Of a stretch of 64,000 nucleotides of DNA, positions 18,432 through 37,276 are shown in pieces. This DNA comes from Corallococcus sp. EGB (GTDB taxonomy: Bacteria > Myxococcota > Myxococcia > Myxococcales > Myxococcaceae). How positions within the stretch are numbered: position 1 is the first letter of the stretch; each line of letters starts with the position of its first letter. A program made the position numbers and the translations under genes. The stretch lies in NCBI RefSeq assembly GCF_019968905.1, contig NZ_CP079946.1, positions 5,857,356-5,921,355 on the forward strand. Reading direction: 5' to 3'. The notes under the pieces were generated by a model that saw only the letters and a list, made by a program, of their open reading frames with translations, had not been told where the DNA came from and ran no database searches.

Positions 18432-19193
18432 TCAGGGCGCCGCGGTCGGCGTCTCGTCGGGCGTCGGCGGAGGCGGCTCGCGCTGCGCGAGCGCCCAGTC
18501 TCCGCCCAGGCCATGGCCCTCGCGGAAGCGGCGGAAGTCGCGCCGCACGGCCCGGGGGTAGCGGCGGAACTTCTCCAGTTCTCCGGCCTTGATGGCGTCC
18601 CGGATGCGCGTGGGGCCCGCGTTGTAGGCCATCAACGCCAGGTCCAGGTCGCCGCCGAAGCGGCCCTGCAGGTTGCGCAGGTAGCGGATGCCCAGGCGCA
18701 CGCAGACGGCGGGATCCGCCACCACCTCCTCGCGCGACAGCTTCAGGCCCTCCTTCTCCGCCAGGAAGTGCAGCGTGCTGGGCTTGATCTGCATCAGCCC
18801 CCGGGCGCCCTTCTCGGAGACGGACTCCTCCTCGAAGTCGGACTCCACGTCGATGAGGGCCAGCACCAGCAGCGGGTCATACCCCGTGCGGCGCGACTCC
18901 TCGTCGATGGCCTGCCCCAGCCGCCGGCGCAGCGTGAGCCCCAGGTCCGGGGCGCGCTTGGCCAGCACGGCGTCGATGAGCGCCGCCTCCTCGGAGATGG
19001 CCTCCTGCGCCACCACCTCAGGAACCACGGACGGGGGGGTGGGCTCCTCCAGGAGCGGCACCACCCGCGCGGACACCACGAGCGCCACGCCCGCGAGCAG
19101 CGGGAGCCGGGAGCACCCGCTGCTCAGGGCATGCAGCCCCGCGAAGAACCGCGTTCCCCACGACCTGCCGCCCGAGGCGGCGGGTCCACTCAC
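18432..19193 (-). CDS. Lytic transglycosylase (SLT domain) protein
   Basis: 253 aa. ...ESDFEEESVSEKGARGLMQIKPST...AYNAGP matches the SLT catalytic region (ES...GLMQ...AYNAG). GTG start overlapping the stop of the upstream phasin gene (GTGA). Confidence 0.75.
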   Translation of the reverse strand: MSGPAASGGRSWGTRFFAGLHALSSGCSRLPLLAGVALVVSARVVPLLEEPTPPSVVPEVVAQEAISEEAALIDAVLAKRAPDLGLTLRRRLGQAIDEESRRTGYDPLLVLALIDVESDFEEESVSEKGARGLMQIKPSTLHFLAEKEGLKLSREEVVADPAVCVRLGIRYLRNLQGRFGGDLDLALMAYNAGPTRIRDAIKAGELEKFRRYPRAVRRDFRRFREGHGLGGDWALAQREPPPPTPDETPTAAP

Positions 19194-19540
19194 TTGCGGT
19201 GCTCCAGGGCCTGGATGCGTTCGTTCAGACGCTCCAGGCGAGCGCCCATCGCCTGCAGTTCCTCGCGACGCGGCAGCTTCAGGAGGGTCAGGGTCGCGCG
19301 GACCCGCTCCTCCACGTTGTGCTCCAGGTCCTTGCGGTGACCCGTCAGCCGCTCCGCGAACTCACGGGCCTGGCGCTTCACCTCGTCCTGACTCCAGCCC
19401 GCGACGGATGCAACGCGCTGCACGGCCCGGGACGCCTCCTCCTCCGCCGTGTTCACGGCCAGAAGCGCCTGGCTCCAGATCCGCTCGAATGCCTCCGCCA
19501 CGGAGGTCTTCTCTCGGGGGGCCTCGGTGTTGTTGTCCAT
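19190..19540 (-). CDS. Phasin-family protein (PHA granule-associated protein, TIGR01837-like)
   Basis: 116 aa from the ATG at 19540 with a GGAG RBS. An all-helical, charged sequence (FERIWSQALLAVNTAEEEASRAVQRV...LERLNERIQALE) typical of small phasins. Confidence 0.55.
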   Translation of the reverse strand: MDNNTEAPREKTSVAEAFERIWSQALLAVNTAEEEASRAVQRVASVAGWSQDEVKRQAREFAERLTGHRKDLEHNVEERVRATLTLLKLPRREELQAMGARLERLNERIQALEHRK

Positions 19541-19644
19541 GAAGTCGCTCCGGGAGTTACCCCAGGCCCTCCCGGTGGAAGGAACCTGAGGCATTCAAAG
19601 GGGTTTGCGACCTAAGCACACCCCATGGGTGATGAAAACGCTGC

Positions 19645-20103
19645 TCAGGCCCGCGGGCTAGACGCCGCCCCGGCCGAGTTCTTGGTCGACCGGTGAGCAC
19701 GCCGGGTGGGCTTCAGGAGCACATCCAGCTTCTTCGAAAGGCGGTTCAGCTCGCGGGTGATCTGCTCCACCTGGGACTGGCTGGCAACTCCCACCGCCTC
19801 GACAACCTTCGTCTGCAGCCCGTCCAGACGCTTGCGCAGCTCCACGCCCGCCGCGTCCACCTTCTTCGTCAGCTCCTGAACGCGGGGATCCGCGCGCAGC
19901 TCACCGGCCTGCACCTTCGTCCACAGGGCCTGGACCTCCTTCGCCGCCACCTGGCCCCGCGTCTCCAGCGCGCGGAAGGCCTTGTTCGCCTCCCCCTCCA
20001 GCCCCTGGAACCGCTTCTGCGCCTCGGAGAGCCGCCCCTTCAGGAAGGCCTCCACGTTCTGCGTCACGCCCGTCTTCTCGCTCGTCTCACTCGTTGTCGC
20101 CAT
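19645..20103 (-). CDS. Phasin-family protein paralog
   Basis: 152 aa from the ATG at 20103, preceded by GGGGGGAG. Helical and charged, similar in composition to the downstream phasin; has its own promoter. Confidence 0.55.
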   Translation of the reverse strand: MATTSETSEKTGVTQNVEAFLKGRLSEAQKRFQGLEGEANKAFRALETRGQVAAKEVQALWTKVQAGELRADPRVQELTKKVDAAGVELRKRLDGLQTKVVEAVGVASQSQVEQITRELNRLSKKLDVLLKPTRRAHRSTKNSAGAASSPRA

Positions 20104-20149
20104 GTCGCGCTCCCCCCCGGGTGTTCCGGGTTTCGTAACGTGATGCGTC

Positions 20150-20177
20150 AACATAACGCACCGCGACATGCTGTCAA
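20150..20177 (-). promoter_or_regulatory. Sigma70-type promoter for the phasin gene (TTGACA-16 nt-TATGTT)
   Basis: Minus-strand sequence cgcTTGACAgcatgtcgcggtgcgtTATGTTgacg. The -35 box is at 20172..20177 and the -10 box at 20150..20155, about 40 nt upstream of the ATG at 20103. Confidence 0.55.
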
Positions 20178-20199
20178 GCGAACACGGTCCGAAGTGTGC

Positions 20200-20243
20200 A
20201 AAACGAGAAAGCCGCCGTCCCGGCATGACACCAGGACGGCGGC
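20200..20243 (-). terminator. Intrinsic terminator downstream of rpoC
   Basis: Minus strand: GCCGCCGUCC-13 nt loop-GGACGGCGGC followed by UUUCUCGUUUU, located 37 nt after the rpoC stop. Confidence 0.6.
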
Positions 20244-20279
20244 TGGCTCACGAAGCGTCAGGGACGCCTCGGGGAAACA

Positions 20280-24491
<4,212 letters not shown>

Positions 24492-24623
24492 GTTGCCTCC
24501 GAAAACTTATGAGCGCCCGAGGCGCCAAACGTTTCGGGCCCCCGCCCTGCGCCCGGCCAGCCGCTCCCCCCACGAGGAAGCAGCCGGCCGGTCAGGCGGG
24601 CGCACCGGCTTCTTTGAAAAGGC

Positions 24624-28850
<4,227 letters not shown>

Positions 28851-29031
28851 TCGGTCTCCGGGGACGGCTGCTCGGGCGGGGCAAACTTCAGTAACGCGCG
28901 GCGGCGCCGGGAAATTTGGCAAATGTCAAATGGGCAAAGCCGGCGCCCCAGCATAGGGAGCGCCGGCCTGCTCATCCGATCAGGCGGCTACCCGGGATTT
29001 CCCGGAAGAACAGGGCAGCCCCTGTACAGAA

Positions 29032-29409
29032 CTACTTGATCTCGACGGTGGCGCCAGCCGCGGTGAGCTGGTCCTTGATCTTCTTGGCGTCGTCCTTGTT
29101 GACGCCTTCCTTGACCGTCTTGGGCGCGCCCTCGACCAGGTCCTTGGCCTCCTTCAGGCCCAGGCCGGTGATGGCGCGGATCTCCTTGATGACGTTGATC
29201 TTGTTGGCGCCGGCGTTCGCCAGCACCACGTTGAACTCCGTCTTCTCCTCAACCGGAGCGGCGGCGGCAGCACCACCACCACCGCCCGCGGCAACGGCCA
29301 CGGCGGCGGCGGACACGCCCCACTTGTTCTCCAGCAGCTTCACGAGCTCGCCCGCCTCGAGGACAGTGAGCTTCGAGAGTTCTTCAGCAATCGCGTTCAA
29401 ATCGGCCAT
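29032..29409 (-). CDS. rplL: 50S ribosomal protein L7/L12
   Basis: 125 aa; ...[22 protein letters not shown]... Confidence 0.95.
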   Translation of the reverse strand: MADLNAIAEELSKLTVLEAGELVKLLENKWGVSAAAVAVAAGGGGGAAAAAPVEEKTEFNVVLANAGANKINVIKEIRAITGLGLKEAKDLVEGAPKTVKEGVNKDDAKKIKDQLTAAGATVEIK

Positions 29410-29501
29410 GGAACTGTTCCTTCTGGTTGACTAACGGCCGGCGACCCATTTGGGTGGCTCGGCCGAAGAGGTTGCGGTAGAAAAACTTCTCGGGACGATT
29501 A

Positions 29502-30020
29502 CTACCCCTGCGACTTGTCCGCGTGCGCCTGGATGACGCGCGCGAGGCTCGACGCGGGGGCCGCGATGGTCCGGACCAGCTTGCCTGCAGGCTGGTTGAG
29601 CATGCCGAGCAACTGCCCGCGCAGCTCGTTCAGGCCCGGCAGCTTCGCCAGCGCCTTCACGCCGTTGGCGTCGACCTTGTTACCGGCGACGACGGCGCTA
29701 CGGACCTTGATGGTCTCCATGTCCTTGATGAAATCCATCAGGATCTTCGCAGGAGCCACCTCGTCGTCGTAGCTGATGCAGAGGGCCACGGGACCGGTGA
29801 AGTCATCCGAGATCACGGAGACGGACGTACCCTGAGCGGCACGGCGCGCCAGCGTGTTCTTGATGACCTTGTACTCGACCTTGCCCTCGCGGAACTTGCG
29901 ACGGAGCCGAGTGACGGTCTCGACGTTCACCTTGGACGACTCCACGAGCACCGCGGTCTTGGTCCGCGTGAACTTCTCGTGAAGGTCCTTGATCATCTCT
30001 TCCTTCTCGCTCTTCAGCAC
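29502..30020 (-). CDS. rplJ: 50S ribosomal protein L10
   Basis: 172 aa; GTG start with an AGGAGGTGA RBS. Confidence 0.95.
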   Translation of the reverse strand: MLKSEKEEMIKDLHEKFTRTKTAVLVESSKVNVETVTRLRRKFREGKVEYKVIKNTLARRAAQGTSVSVISDDFTGPVALCISYDDEVAPAKILMDFIKDMETIKVRSAVVAGNKVDANGVKALAKLPGLNELRGQLLGMLNQPAGKLVRTIAAPASSLARVIQAHADKSQG

Positions 30021-30417
30021 CTTGACTCACCTCCTTCATGGCCCGACCTGACGGTCGGGCGTGATGCCTGGGCCAAAGTGGCAGAGCGAGAGAGGAGCCT
30101 CCGAGAGGCACCACACCGCACCTCCAGTCTCGGCAGGGCTGACCTTGCGGCCGTTTGAACCAGGAGTGGATGGACGGCCCGACCGGTTGCCCGGTTCCCA
30201 ACGGACGCGTCTTCCCCAATCCAGGTCCCTGCTGTCATGAACCAGGTCGGAACGCCGCGTCTCACGACATGGCGCTCCAATTGCAAAAGCCGGGGGCCTA
30301 TACCCCCGGCTTTCGCAAAGATCCAGCACTTTCTATCGGACCAATGTTCTGCGGGCGACAGGACTGACGCTCCCCGTCAGGGAGCGCACCCTTCCCTGCC
30401 CGTCCTGACACCCGCGA
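30021..30417 (-). promoter_or_regulatory. rplJ (L10) leader region, putative autoregulatory L10(L12)4-binding leader
   Basis: ~400 nt non-coding spacer between rplA and rplJ, conserved in position with the bacterial L10 leader. Only short spurious ORFs overlap it. Confidence 0.4.
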
Positions 30418-31131
30418 CTAGCGGTGACGCGCCAGGATTTCCTGGGTGTCGAGCTTGATGCCCGGCCCCATGGTCGTCGAGATGGCGATGCCCTTCAGGT
30501 ACACGCCCTTGGCGGTGGCCGGCTTGAGCTTCATCACCAGGTCCACCAGCGCGTTGAAGTTCGCCTCGAGCTTGTCCGCGGCGAAGGAGGCCTTGCCCAT
30601 CTTGGCGTGGACGATGCCCGCCTTCTCCGCGCGGAAGTCCACCTTACCGCCCTTGGAGTCACGGATGGCCTTGGCCACGTCCATGGTCACCGTGCCGACC
30701 TTCGGGTTCGGCATGAGGCCGCGGGGACCGAGCACCTTACCGAGGCGGCCGACGATACCCATCATGTCCGGCGTCGCGATGACGGTGTCGAAGTCGAGGA
30801 AGCCCTCCTCGATGCGCTTCTGGAGGTCCTCCGCGCCCACGATGTCGGCGCCGGCGTTGGCGGCCTCGGTGGCGCGCTCGCCCTTGGCGAACACGGCCAC
30901 GCGCACGGTGGCGCCGGTGCCGTGCGGGAGCACCACGGCGCCACGGACCATCTGGTCCGCGTGCTTCGGGTCCACGCCCAGGTTGATGGCGACGTCGACC
31001 GTCTGGTCGTACTTCGTCGCGCGGGCCTCAACGGTCTTCTTCAGCAGCGCGAAGCCCTCGGCGACGGCGTAGCGCTTGTTGCGGTCCACCAGCTCGTTGG
31101 ACGCGCGGAACTTCTTTCCGGAGTTAGCCAT
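30418..31131 (-). CDS. rplA: 50S ribosomal protein L1
   Basis: ATG at 31131 gives [21 protein letters not shown]...; 237 aa. Confidence 0.95.
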   Translation of the reverse strand: MANSGKKFRASNELVDRNKRYAVAEGFALLKKTVEARATKYDQTVDVAINLGVDPKHADQMVRGAVVLPHGTGATVRVAVFAKGERATEAANAGADIVGAEDLQKRIEEGFLDFDTVIATPDMMGIVGRLGKVLGPRGLMPNPKVGTVTMDVAKAIRDSKGGKVDFRAEKAGIVHAKMGKASFAADKLEANFNALVDLVMKLKPATAKGVYLKGIAISTTMGPGIKLDTQEILARHR

Positions 31132-31159
31132 TGCAGGAATCCTTGAGAATGAGGGCGGG

Positions 31160-31606
31160 CTAGCCGACGACGTCGATGCCCATGGAGCGCGCGGTGCCAG
31201 CAATGGTGTTCATGCAGGCTTCGATGGACGCGGCGGTGGTGTCCTGGATCTTCTTCTTGGCGATCTCCTCGAGCTGCTTGCGGGAGATCTGCCCCACCTT
31301 CTCCTTGCCCGGCTTCTTCGCGCCCGAACCCTTCTTCTTCTCCGTGTGGAGACCCGCGGCCTTCTTGATGAGGATGGCGGCGGGAGGGGTCTTCAGGATG
31401 AAGGTGAAGGAGCGGTCCTGATACACGGTGATGATCACCGGGATGATCAGACCCTCCTTGGCCTCCGCCTGCGTCTTGGCGTTGAACTGCTTGCAGAACT
31501 CCATGATGTTCACGCCCTGCTGACCGAGCGCGGGGCCGATCGGCGGGGCGGGGTTCGCCTTGCCGGCGGGGATCTGCAACTTGACCTGACCTGTGACCTT
31601 CTTCAT
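31160..31606 (-). CDS. rplK: 50S ribosomal protein L11
   Basis: 148 aa; [33 protein letters not shown]... Confidence 0.95.
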   Translation of the reverse strand: MKKVTGQVKLQIPAGKANPAPPIGPALGQQGVNIMEFCKQFNAKTQAEAKEGLIIPVIITVYQDRSFTFILKTPPAAILIKKAAGLHTEKKKGSGAKKPGKEKVGQISRKQLEEIAKKKIQDTTAASIEACMNTIAGTARSMGIDVVG

Positions 31607-31714
31607 CGGCGGACTGCTGCCTTTCGAGGGGGTGGTTCCGACGGATCGCCAGACGGGGCGACCCTCCCACCCGTGATTCCACGCCCGTCACCCGGGCGCG
31701 GAAGACTGTTGAAA

Positions 31715-32263
31715 CTAGCCGGTGGTCTTTTCCACCTGCATGAAGTCGAGCTCCACGGGGGTCGCACGACCGAAGATGCTGACGAGCACGCGCACGCGGC
31801 CCTTCTCCGGGTTGACCTCTTCCACGGTGCCATTGAAGTTGGCGAACGGGCCGTCGATGACGCGCACCGTGTCGCTGGTCTCGAACTGGACCTTGGGCTT
31901 GGCCTTGTGCGCGCCCTCGGTGACCTGCGCGGTGAGGCGCTCGACCTCGCGGTCCGACATGGGCCGGGGCTGCTCGTTCTGCCCCACGCCCGGGAACCCC
32001 GTCACCTTGGAGGTGTTCTTCACCAGGTGGACGGTGATGTCGTTGAGCTCCATCTGGACGAAGATGTAGCCGGGGAAGAGCTTGCGGCGGGTGGTCTTCT
32101 TCTCGCCGTTCACCATCTCCACGACCTGCTCCATGGGGATGAGGATCTCACCGATCAGATCCTGGTCCTGCAGGCCCTTGAGGCGCACCTGCTCTTCCAG
32201 GTTCTTCTTCGCCTGGTTCTCGTAGTTCGAGTAGGTCTGGACCGTGAACCATTTCTTCGCCAT
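31715..32263 (-). CDS. nusG: Transcription termination/antitermination factor NusG
   Basis: ATG at 32263 gives MAKKWFTVQTYSNYE...KOW domain; 182 aa. The ATG overlaps the secE stop by 1 nt. Confidence 0.92.
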   Translation of the reverse strand: MAKKWFTVQTYSNYENQAKKNLEEQVRLKGLQDQDLIGEILIPMEQVVEMVNGEKKTTRRKLFPGYIFVQMELNDITVHLVKNTSKVTGFPGVGQNEQPRPMSDREVERLTAQVTEGAHKAKPKVQFETSDTVRVIDGPFANFNGTVEEVNPEKGRVRVLVSIFGRATPVELDFMQVEKTTG

Positions 32264-32706
32264 TACAGCTTCCCCCACAGGGCAGGCAGCCACTCCACCA
32301 TCAAGTTGTACGCGACGGTGTCGATGCAGAAGAGCAGAACGGCCGCCACCAGCGAGGCGACGACCACGGCCATGGTCGACGCGCGGGTCTCCGACCAGGT
32401 AGGCCAGGTGACCTTCATCAGCTCGGACGCCACGTCGATGGAGAGAGCGTGCGTGCGAGGGTGGAAGTAGGACGCCAGCACCAGGACCAGGGCGGCCACG
32501 TAGCCCACCAGCGTCGACACGCGCCAGCCGAGCCCCTCGAAGAGTTCGACGTCGCTCCATCCGAACCGGCTCCAGAGCAACCCGAAGACGTGCTCCAGGA
32601 AGAGGGCCAGGACGATGCCCGCGACGAGATAGAAGATGACCACGAGCCGCTTGGGGTCGATGCCCGAGCGGTTAGCCTGCTGGCTGGCCTCAGATGCCGT
32701 CGCCAT
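32263..32706 (-). CDS. secE: Preprotein translocase subunit SecE (long 3-TM form)
   Basis: 147 aa with three hydrophobic helices, in the conserved secE-nusG position. Confidence 0.85.
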   Translation of the reverse strand: MATASEASQQANRSGIDPKRLVVIFYLVAGIVLALFLEHVFGLLWSRFGWSDVELFEGLGWRVSTLVGYVAALVLVLASYFHPRTHALSIDVASELMKVTWPTWSETRASTMAVVVASLVAAVLLFCIDTVAYNLMVEWLPALWGKL

Positions 32707-32794
32707 GGTGCCTCACGAGGGACTGCGGAAGCGGGACTGCGAAAATACAGGGACCCCCGGCACCGCTCGGTACCGGGGGTCCCTGTACTGAAGC

Positions 32795-32870
32795 TGGCAG
32801 GCCAGGAGGGATTCGAACCCCCAACACGCGGATTTGGAGACCGCTGCTCTACCGTTGGAGCTACTGGCCT
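32795..32870 (-). tRNA. tRNA-Trp (anticodon CCA)
   Basis: Cloverleaf AGGCCAG...CTCCAAA...GGTTCGAATCC...CTGGCCTGCCA between secE and rpmG; CCA end encoded. Confidence 0.9.
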
Positions 32871-32893
32871 AAACCTTCAATGAACCAGACGAC

Positions 32894-33058
32894 CTAGACC
32901 TTGCCTTCTTTGTGGTCCGTGTGCTTGCGGCAACGAGGACAGAACTTGCTCAGCTCGAGCTTGTCCTGGCTCTTCCGCTTGTTCTTCGTGGTCGTGTAGT
33001 TCCGCTCCTTGCACGTGGTGCACTCGAGCGAGATGATGGAACGATTACCCTTCGGCAT
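32894..33058 (-). CDS. rpmG: 50S ribosomal protein L33
   Basis: 54 aa [54 protein letters not shown] (not in the ORF track because it is short). Confidence 0.9.
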   Translation of the reverse strand: MPKGNRSIISLECTTCKERNYTTTKNKRKSQDKLELSKFCPRCRKHTDHKEGKV

Positions 33059-33082
33059 GGCTTATCTCACCAGATGCGAGAA

Positions 33083-33108
33083 GGGAAGGCTACAGAAGCA
33101 GCCCTCCC
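33083..33108 (-). terminator. Putative weak terminator/attenuator after tuf
   Basis: Imperfect inverted repeat GGGAAGGCT-8 nt-AGCCCTCCC in the 94-nt tuf-rpmG spacer, followed by a UUCUCGC run on the minus strand. Confidence 0.3.
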
Positions 33109-33152
33109 CTCCGCAACTCAGTGCCCGTGGTAGCTGGTCGGCGGGAGGCCGA

Positions 33153-34343
<1,191 letters not shown>

Positions 34344-34359
34344 GACACTCCTCGAAAAA

Positions 34360-34435
34360 TGGAGCCCTGAACCAGGATTGAACTGGTGACCTCATCCTTA
34401 CCAAGGATGCGCTCTGCCAACTGAGCTATCAGGGC
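34360..34435 (-). tRNA. tRNA-Thr (anticodon GGT)
   Basis: GCCCTGATAGCTCAGTTGG...CCTTGGTAAGG...GGTTCAATCC...CAGGGCTCCA, immediately upstream of tuf. Confidence 0.9.
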
Positions 34436-34456
34436 TTGGCGATGCACTACAACGGT

Positions 34457-34532
<76 letters not shown>

Positions 34533-34541
34533 ATTGCCGAG

Positions 34542-34625
34542 TGGAGAGAGGTGGATTCGAACCACCGTAGGCGTAGAGCCGGCAGATTTACAGTCTGCTC
34601 CCTTTGGCCGCTCGGGCATCTCTCC
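34542..34625 (-). tRNA. tRNA-Tyr (anticodon GTA), long variable arm, CCA not encoded
   Basis: GGAGAGATGCCCGAGCGGCCAAAGGGAGCAGACTGTAAATCTGC...GGTTCGAATCCACCTCTCTCCA followed by CTC. Confidence 0.85.
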
Positions 34626-34707
34626 AGATATTCGCTTGTGGTCCTGCGCGCTGCTCTCTACACCATCTTGCTGCGTCCCGGGCCCTTATCCGCGGCCCGT
34701 CCTACCT

Positions 34708-34780
34708 GGCCGGCGGCGGGATTTGAACCCGCGACCTACTGATTACAAATCAGTTGCTCTACCGACTGAGCTACACCGGC
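34708..34780 (-). tRNA. tRNA-Thr (anticodon TGT)
   Basis: GCCGGTGTAGCTCAGTCGGTAGAGC...GATTTGTAATC...GGTTCAAATCC...CGCCGGC; 3' boundary +/-1 nt. Confidence 0.85.
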
Positions 34781-34800
34781 ATCCATCCAGCAACTGCCCC

Positions 34801-34829
34801 GCCCTACCTCATCCCGGGCGGACCGTCAA
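34801..34829 (-). promoter_or_regulatory. Putative promoter of the tRNA-tuf operon (TTGACG-17 nt-TAGGGC)
   Basis: Minus-strand TTGACGgtccgcccgggatgaggTAGGGC about 20 nt upstream of the tRNA-Thr(TGT) 5' end. The -10 box is weak. Confidence 0.3.
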
Positions 34830-34905
34830 CCACCCGGCAGCGACTTGAGAGGCGCGACCTTTTAGAAGCCCCCACTCTCCAAGTCAAGGAGATTGATCCG
34901 GGGTT

Positions 34906-35706
34906 TCAGCGGGAAGGACGGCCCCGCTGACGTGCGACTTCGTATAGCAGAATCGCGGCGGAAACCGACGCATTCAATGAACCGACCTGACCTCCCATGG
35001 GAATCCGGAGGCGGAAGTCGCAGTGCTTGAGGACGCCCTCCCTCACGCCCGCCCCCTCGGCGCCCACCACCAGCGCCAGGGGCCCGTCCAGACGGGCGCT
35101 CCACAGGGGCTCGGAGCCCTCCACGTCCGCGGCCGCGACCCAGAGGCCCGCTTCCTTCAGCTCCTCCAGGGCGCGGGAGATGTTGGTGACGCGCGCGATG
35201 GGGCAGTACTCGACGGCGCCCGCGGAGGCCTTGGCCACCGTGCCCGTCACCTGCACGGCCCGGTCCTTGGCGAAGACGACGCCGTGGGCCCCGAGCGCGT
35301 GGGCCGAGCGGATGATGGCGCCCAGGTTGTGCGGATCCTGGATGCCGTCCAGCACGACGACGAGCGCGGGCTGCCCCTTGGCCTTCGCGGCGTCGAGCAC
35401 GTCCTCCAGCTCGACGTACTGGAAGCCGCGCAGCTCGGCGACCACGCCCTGGTGCACGCCGCCATCCGCCATCGCGGCCAGCCGCTCGCGGCCGACCTTC
35501 TCCACCCGGACGCCCGCGTCGCGCGCGCGGCTGAGCAGCTCGCCCGCGGCCTTGGCGCCGACCTGCCCGTCGACGATGAAGAGGCGCTCCACCGCGTCGG
35601 GGTGGGCACGCAGGGCTTCCAGCACGGGGTTGACACCATGGACGTAACGCGGGGCTTCGTGGCCGCCGCGTTCACCCCCAGAAGGCTTCGAGGAGCGCTC
35701 GCGCAT
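34906..35706 (-). CDS. rlmB: 23S rRNA (guanosine-2'-O)-methyltransferase RlmB (SpoU/TrmH family)
   Basis: 266 aa with an N-terminal L30e-like substrate-binding domain and SpoU motifs (GAIIRSAHALGAHGVV, LVVGAEGAGV, GSLNASVSAAI). Confidence 0.85.
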   Translation of the reverse strand: MRERSSKPSGGERGGHEAPRYVHGVNPVLEALRAHPDAVERLFIVDGQVGAKAAGELLSRARDAGVRVEKVGRERLAAMADGGVHQGVVAELRGFQYVELEDVLDAAKAKGQPALVVVLDGIQDPHNLGAIIRSAHALGAHGVVFAKDRAVQVTGTVAKASAGAVEYCPIARVTNISRALEELKEAGLWVAAADVEGSEPLWSARLDGPLALVVGAEGAGVREGVLKHCDFRLRIPMGGQVGSLNASVSAAILLYEVARQRGRPSR

Positions 35707-35711
35707 GGGGA

Positions 35712-36158
35712 CTACTGGACCTCCACGGGCAGCGAGAAGGACTTCTTCTGACGGGCGCAGATCTTCTCCGTGCAGATGAAGAAGGTCAGCGTGGCGTCCA
35801 GCGTGCCCTTGCCGGCGGACATCGCGGTGAAGGGGACCTCGAAGCGCGGATCCACGAACTGCTGGCCGGCGGCCTTCTTCGCCACGGACTGGTCACGCGT
35901 CAGCGTCTTCTGGGCGGGCGTCAGCTGCGTGCCCTTCAGCTCCAGCTTCAGCGGGGCTTCGTCGGAGACGTGGGCGCCGGGCTTCGACTTGATGGCGAGC
36001 ATGAACGTGCCCTGCCCTCCCGCCTTCACCTGCGTCGACGTCCCCTCGGTGGTGACTTCGTAGAGGGTGGCGGGGTCCACGTCCTGGGCCAGCACCGGCG
36101 CGCCGACGAGCGTCAGCAGCAGGGGGGCCAGGGTCGTGAGGCGGCGGGAGCTGGGCAT
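35712..36158 (-). CDS. Secreted hypothetical protein
   Basis: 148 aa with signal peptide MPSSRRLTTLAPLLLTLVGAPVLAQD, a GGAGA RBS, and a conserved C-terminal CTEKIC pair. Confidence 0.5.
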   Translation of the reverse strand: MPSSRRLTTLAPLLLTLVGAPVLAQDVDPATLYEVTTEGTSTQVKAGGQGTFMLAIKSKPGAHVSDEAPLKLELKGTQLTPAQKTLTRDQSVAKKAAGQQFVDPRFEVPFTAMSAGKGTLDATLTFFICTEKICARQKKSFSLPVEVQ

Positions 36159-36223
36159 GGGTGTCTCCAGGAAGGCGGCGTTCGTATACCGGGGCTTCGG
36201 ACGCTCGGGGAGCGCTTTCTCTT

Positions 36224-37198
36224 CTAACTCCGCGGCGCGCTCACCTTCACGGTGCCCTTGCGCCCCGGTGGCGGAGGCAGGGACTGGGGCGTCTCCAGGG
36301 CGGCGGTCCAGACGGGGGCGGCGCCGGCGACGAGGGCCTCCGCCCGCTGGATGATGGGCGTGGCCAGGTCCATCCCCGTCGCGGCCTCCATCTCCAGGAG
36401 CGCGGGCGAGCTGTTCACCTCGAAGACCTTGGGGTGCCCCTGGACGTCCAGGATGTCCACCGCGGCCACCTCCAGGCCCACGAGCCGGGCGACCTTCTCC
36501 GCCATGTCGCGATGGCTGGGGGACAGCGGCAGGGCCTCCAGCCGGGCGCCCCGGTTGAGCGTGTGCGAGAGACGGCCGGGACGCGGCTTGCGCAGCACCC
36601 CGGCGATGGCCTCGCCGCCCACCACGAGGACGCGCACGTCCTGGCCGGTGCTCCGCACGTACTCCTGCATGACGAGGTTGTGCCCCAGGCCGAGCACCGC
36701 CTCGAGCGCGGCCTCCAGCGACTGGAGGCTTTCGCAGACCATCACGCCGTGCTTCTCCTGGCCCTGGAGGAGCTTCACCAGCACGGGGACTCCGCCCACG
36801 AGCCCGACCATCTCCTTGAGGTGGGCGGCGTCCCGGGCCATCACCGTGGCGGGGATGTCGATGCCGTGGGCGGACAGGAGCTGGAGCGCGCGCATCTTGT
36901 TGCGCGACTGCGCGATGGCCTGGGCGTGGTTCACCAGGGGGACGCGCGCCAGGCCGAACTGGTTCACCACCGCGAGCCCGTAGGTGCTGATGGACAGGGC
37001 GATGCGCGGGATGACGACGTCGGTGGGCGTGAGCTTCTTGCGGTCGTAGAAGAGGGTCGCCTGGCTGCCCCCGTCCAGATGCATCTGCACCCGGAGCGGG
37101 TTGAGCACGCGGACCCGGTGTCCCCTCGCTCGCCCTGCCTCGACGATCCGCCGCGTGGACGAGATGGATGCGGAGCGCGAGAGGACAGTGATTTTCAT
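36224..37198 (-). CDS. rimK: RimK-family alpha-L-glutamate ligase (ATP-grasp)
   Basis: 324 aa; ATP-grasp motifs ...PVLVKLLQGQEKHGVMVCES...QEYV...DVRVLVVGGEAIAG... Confidence 0.8.
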   Translation of the reverse strand: MKITVLSRSASISSTRRIVEAGRARGHRVRVLNPLRVQMHLDGGSQATLFYDRKKLTPTDVVIPRIALSISTYGLAVVNQFGLARVPLVNHAQAIAQSRNKMRALQLLSAHGIDIPATVMARDAAHLKEMVGLVGGVPVLVKLLQGQEKHGVMVCESLQSLEAALEAVLGLGHNLVMQEYVRSTGQDVRVLVVGGEAIAGVLRKPRPGRLSHTLNRGARLEALPLSPSHRDMAEKVARLVGLEVAAVDILDVQGHPKVFEVNSSPALLEMEAATGMDLATPIIQRAEALVAGAAPVWTAALETPQSLPPPPGRKGTVKVSAPRS

Positions 37199-37276
37199 GG
37201 CGGAGGCGACCGGCTCGGCGAGGACCCTATAATCCCCGCCCCCTCCCGCGTAAAGCCACCTCCGCCTGCCTGCCGC

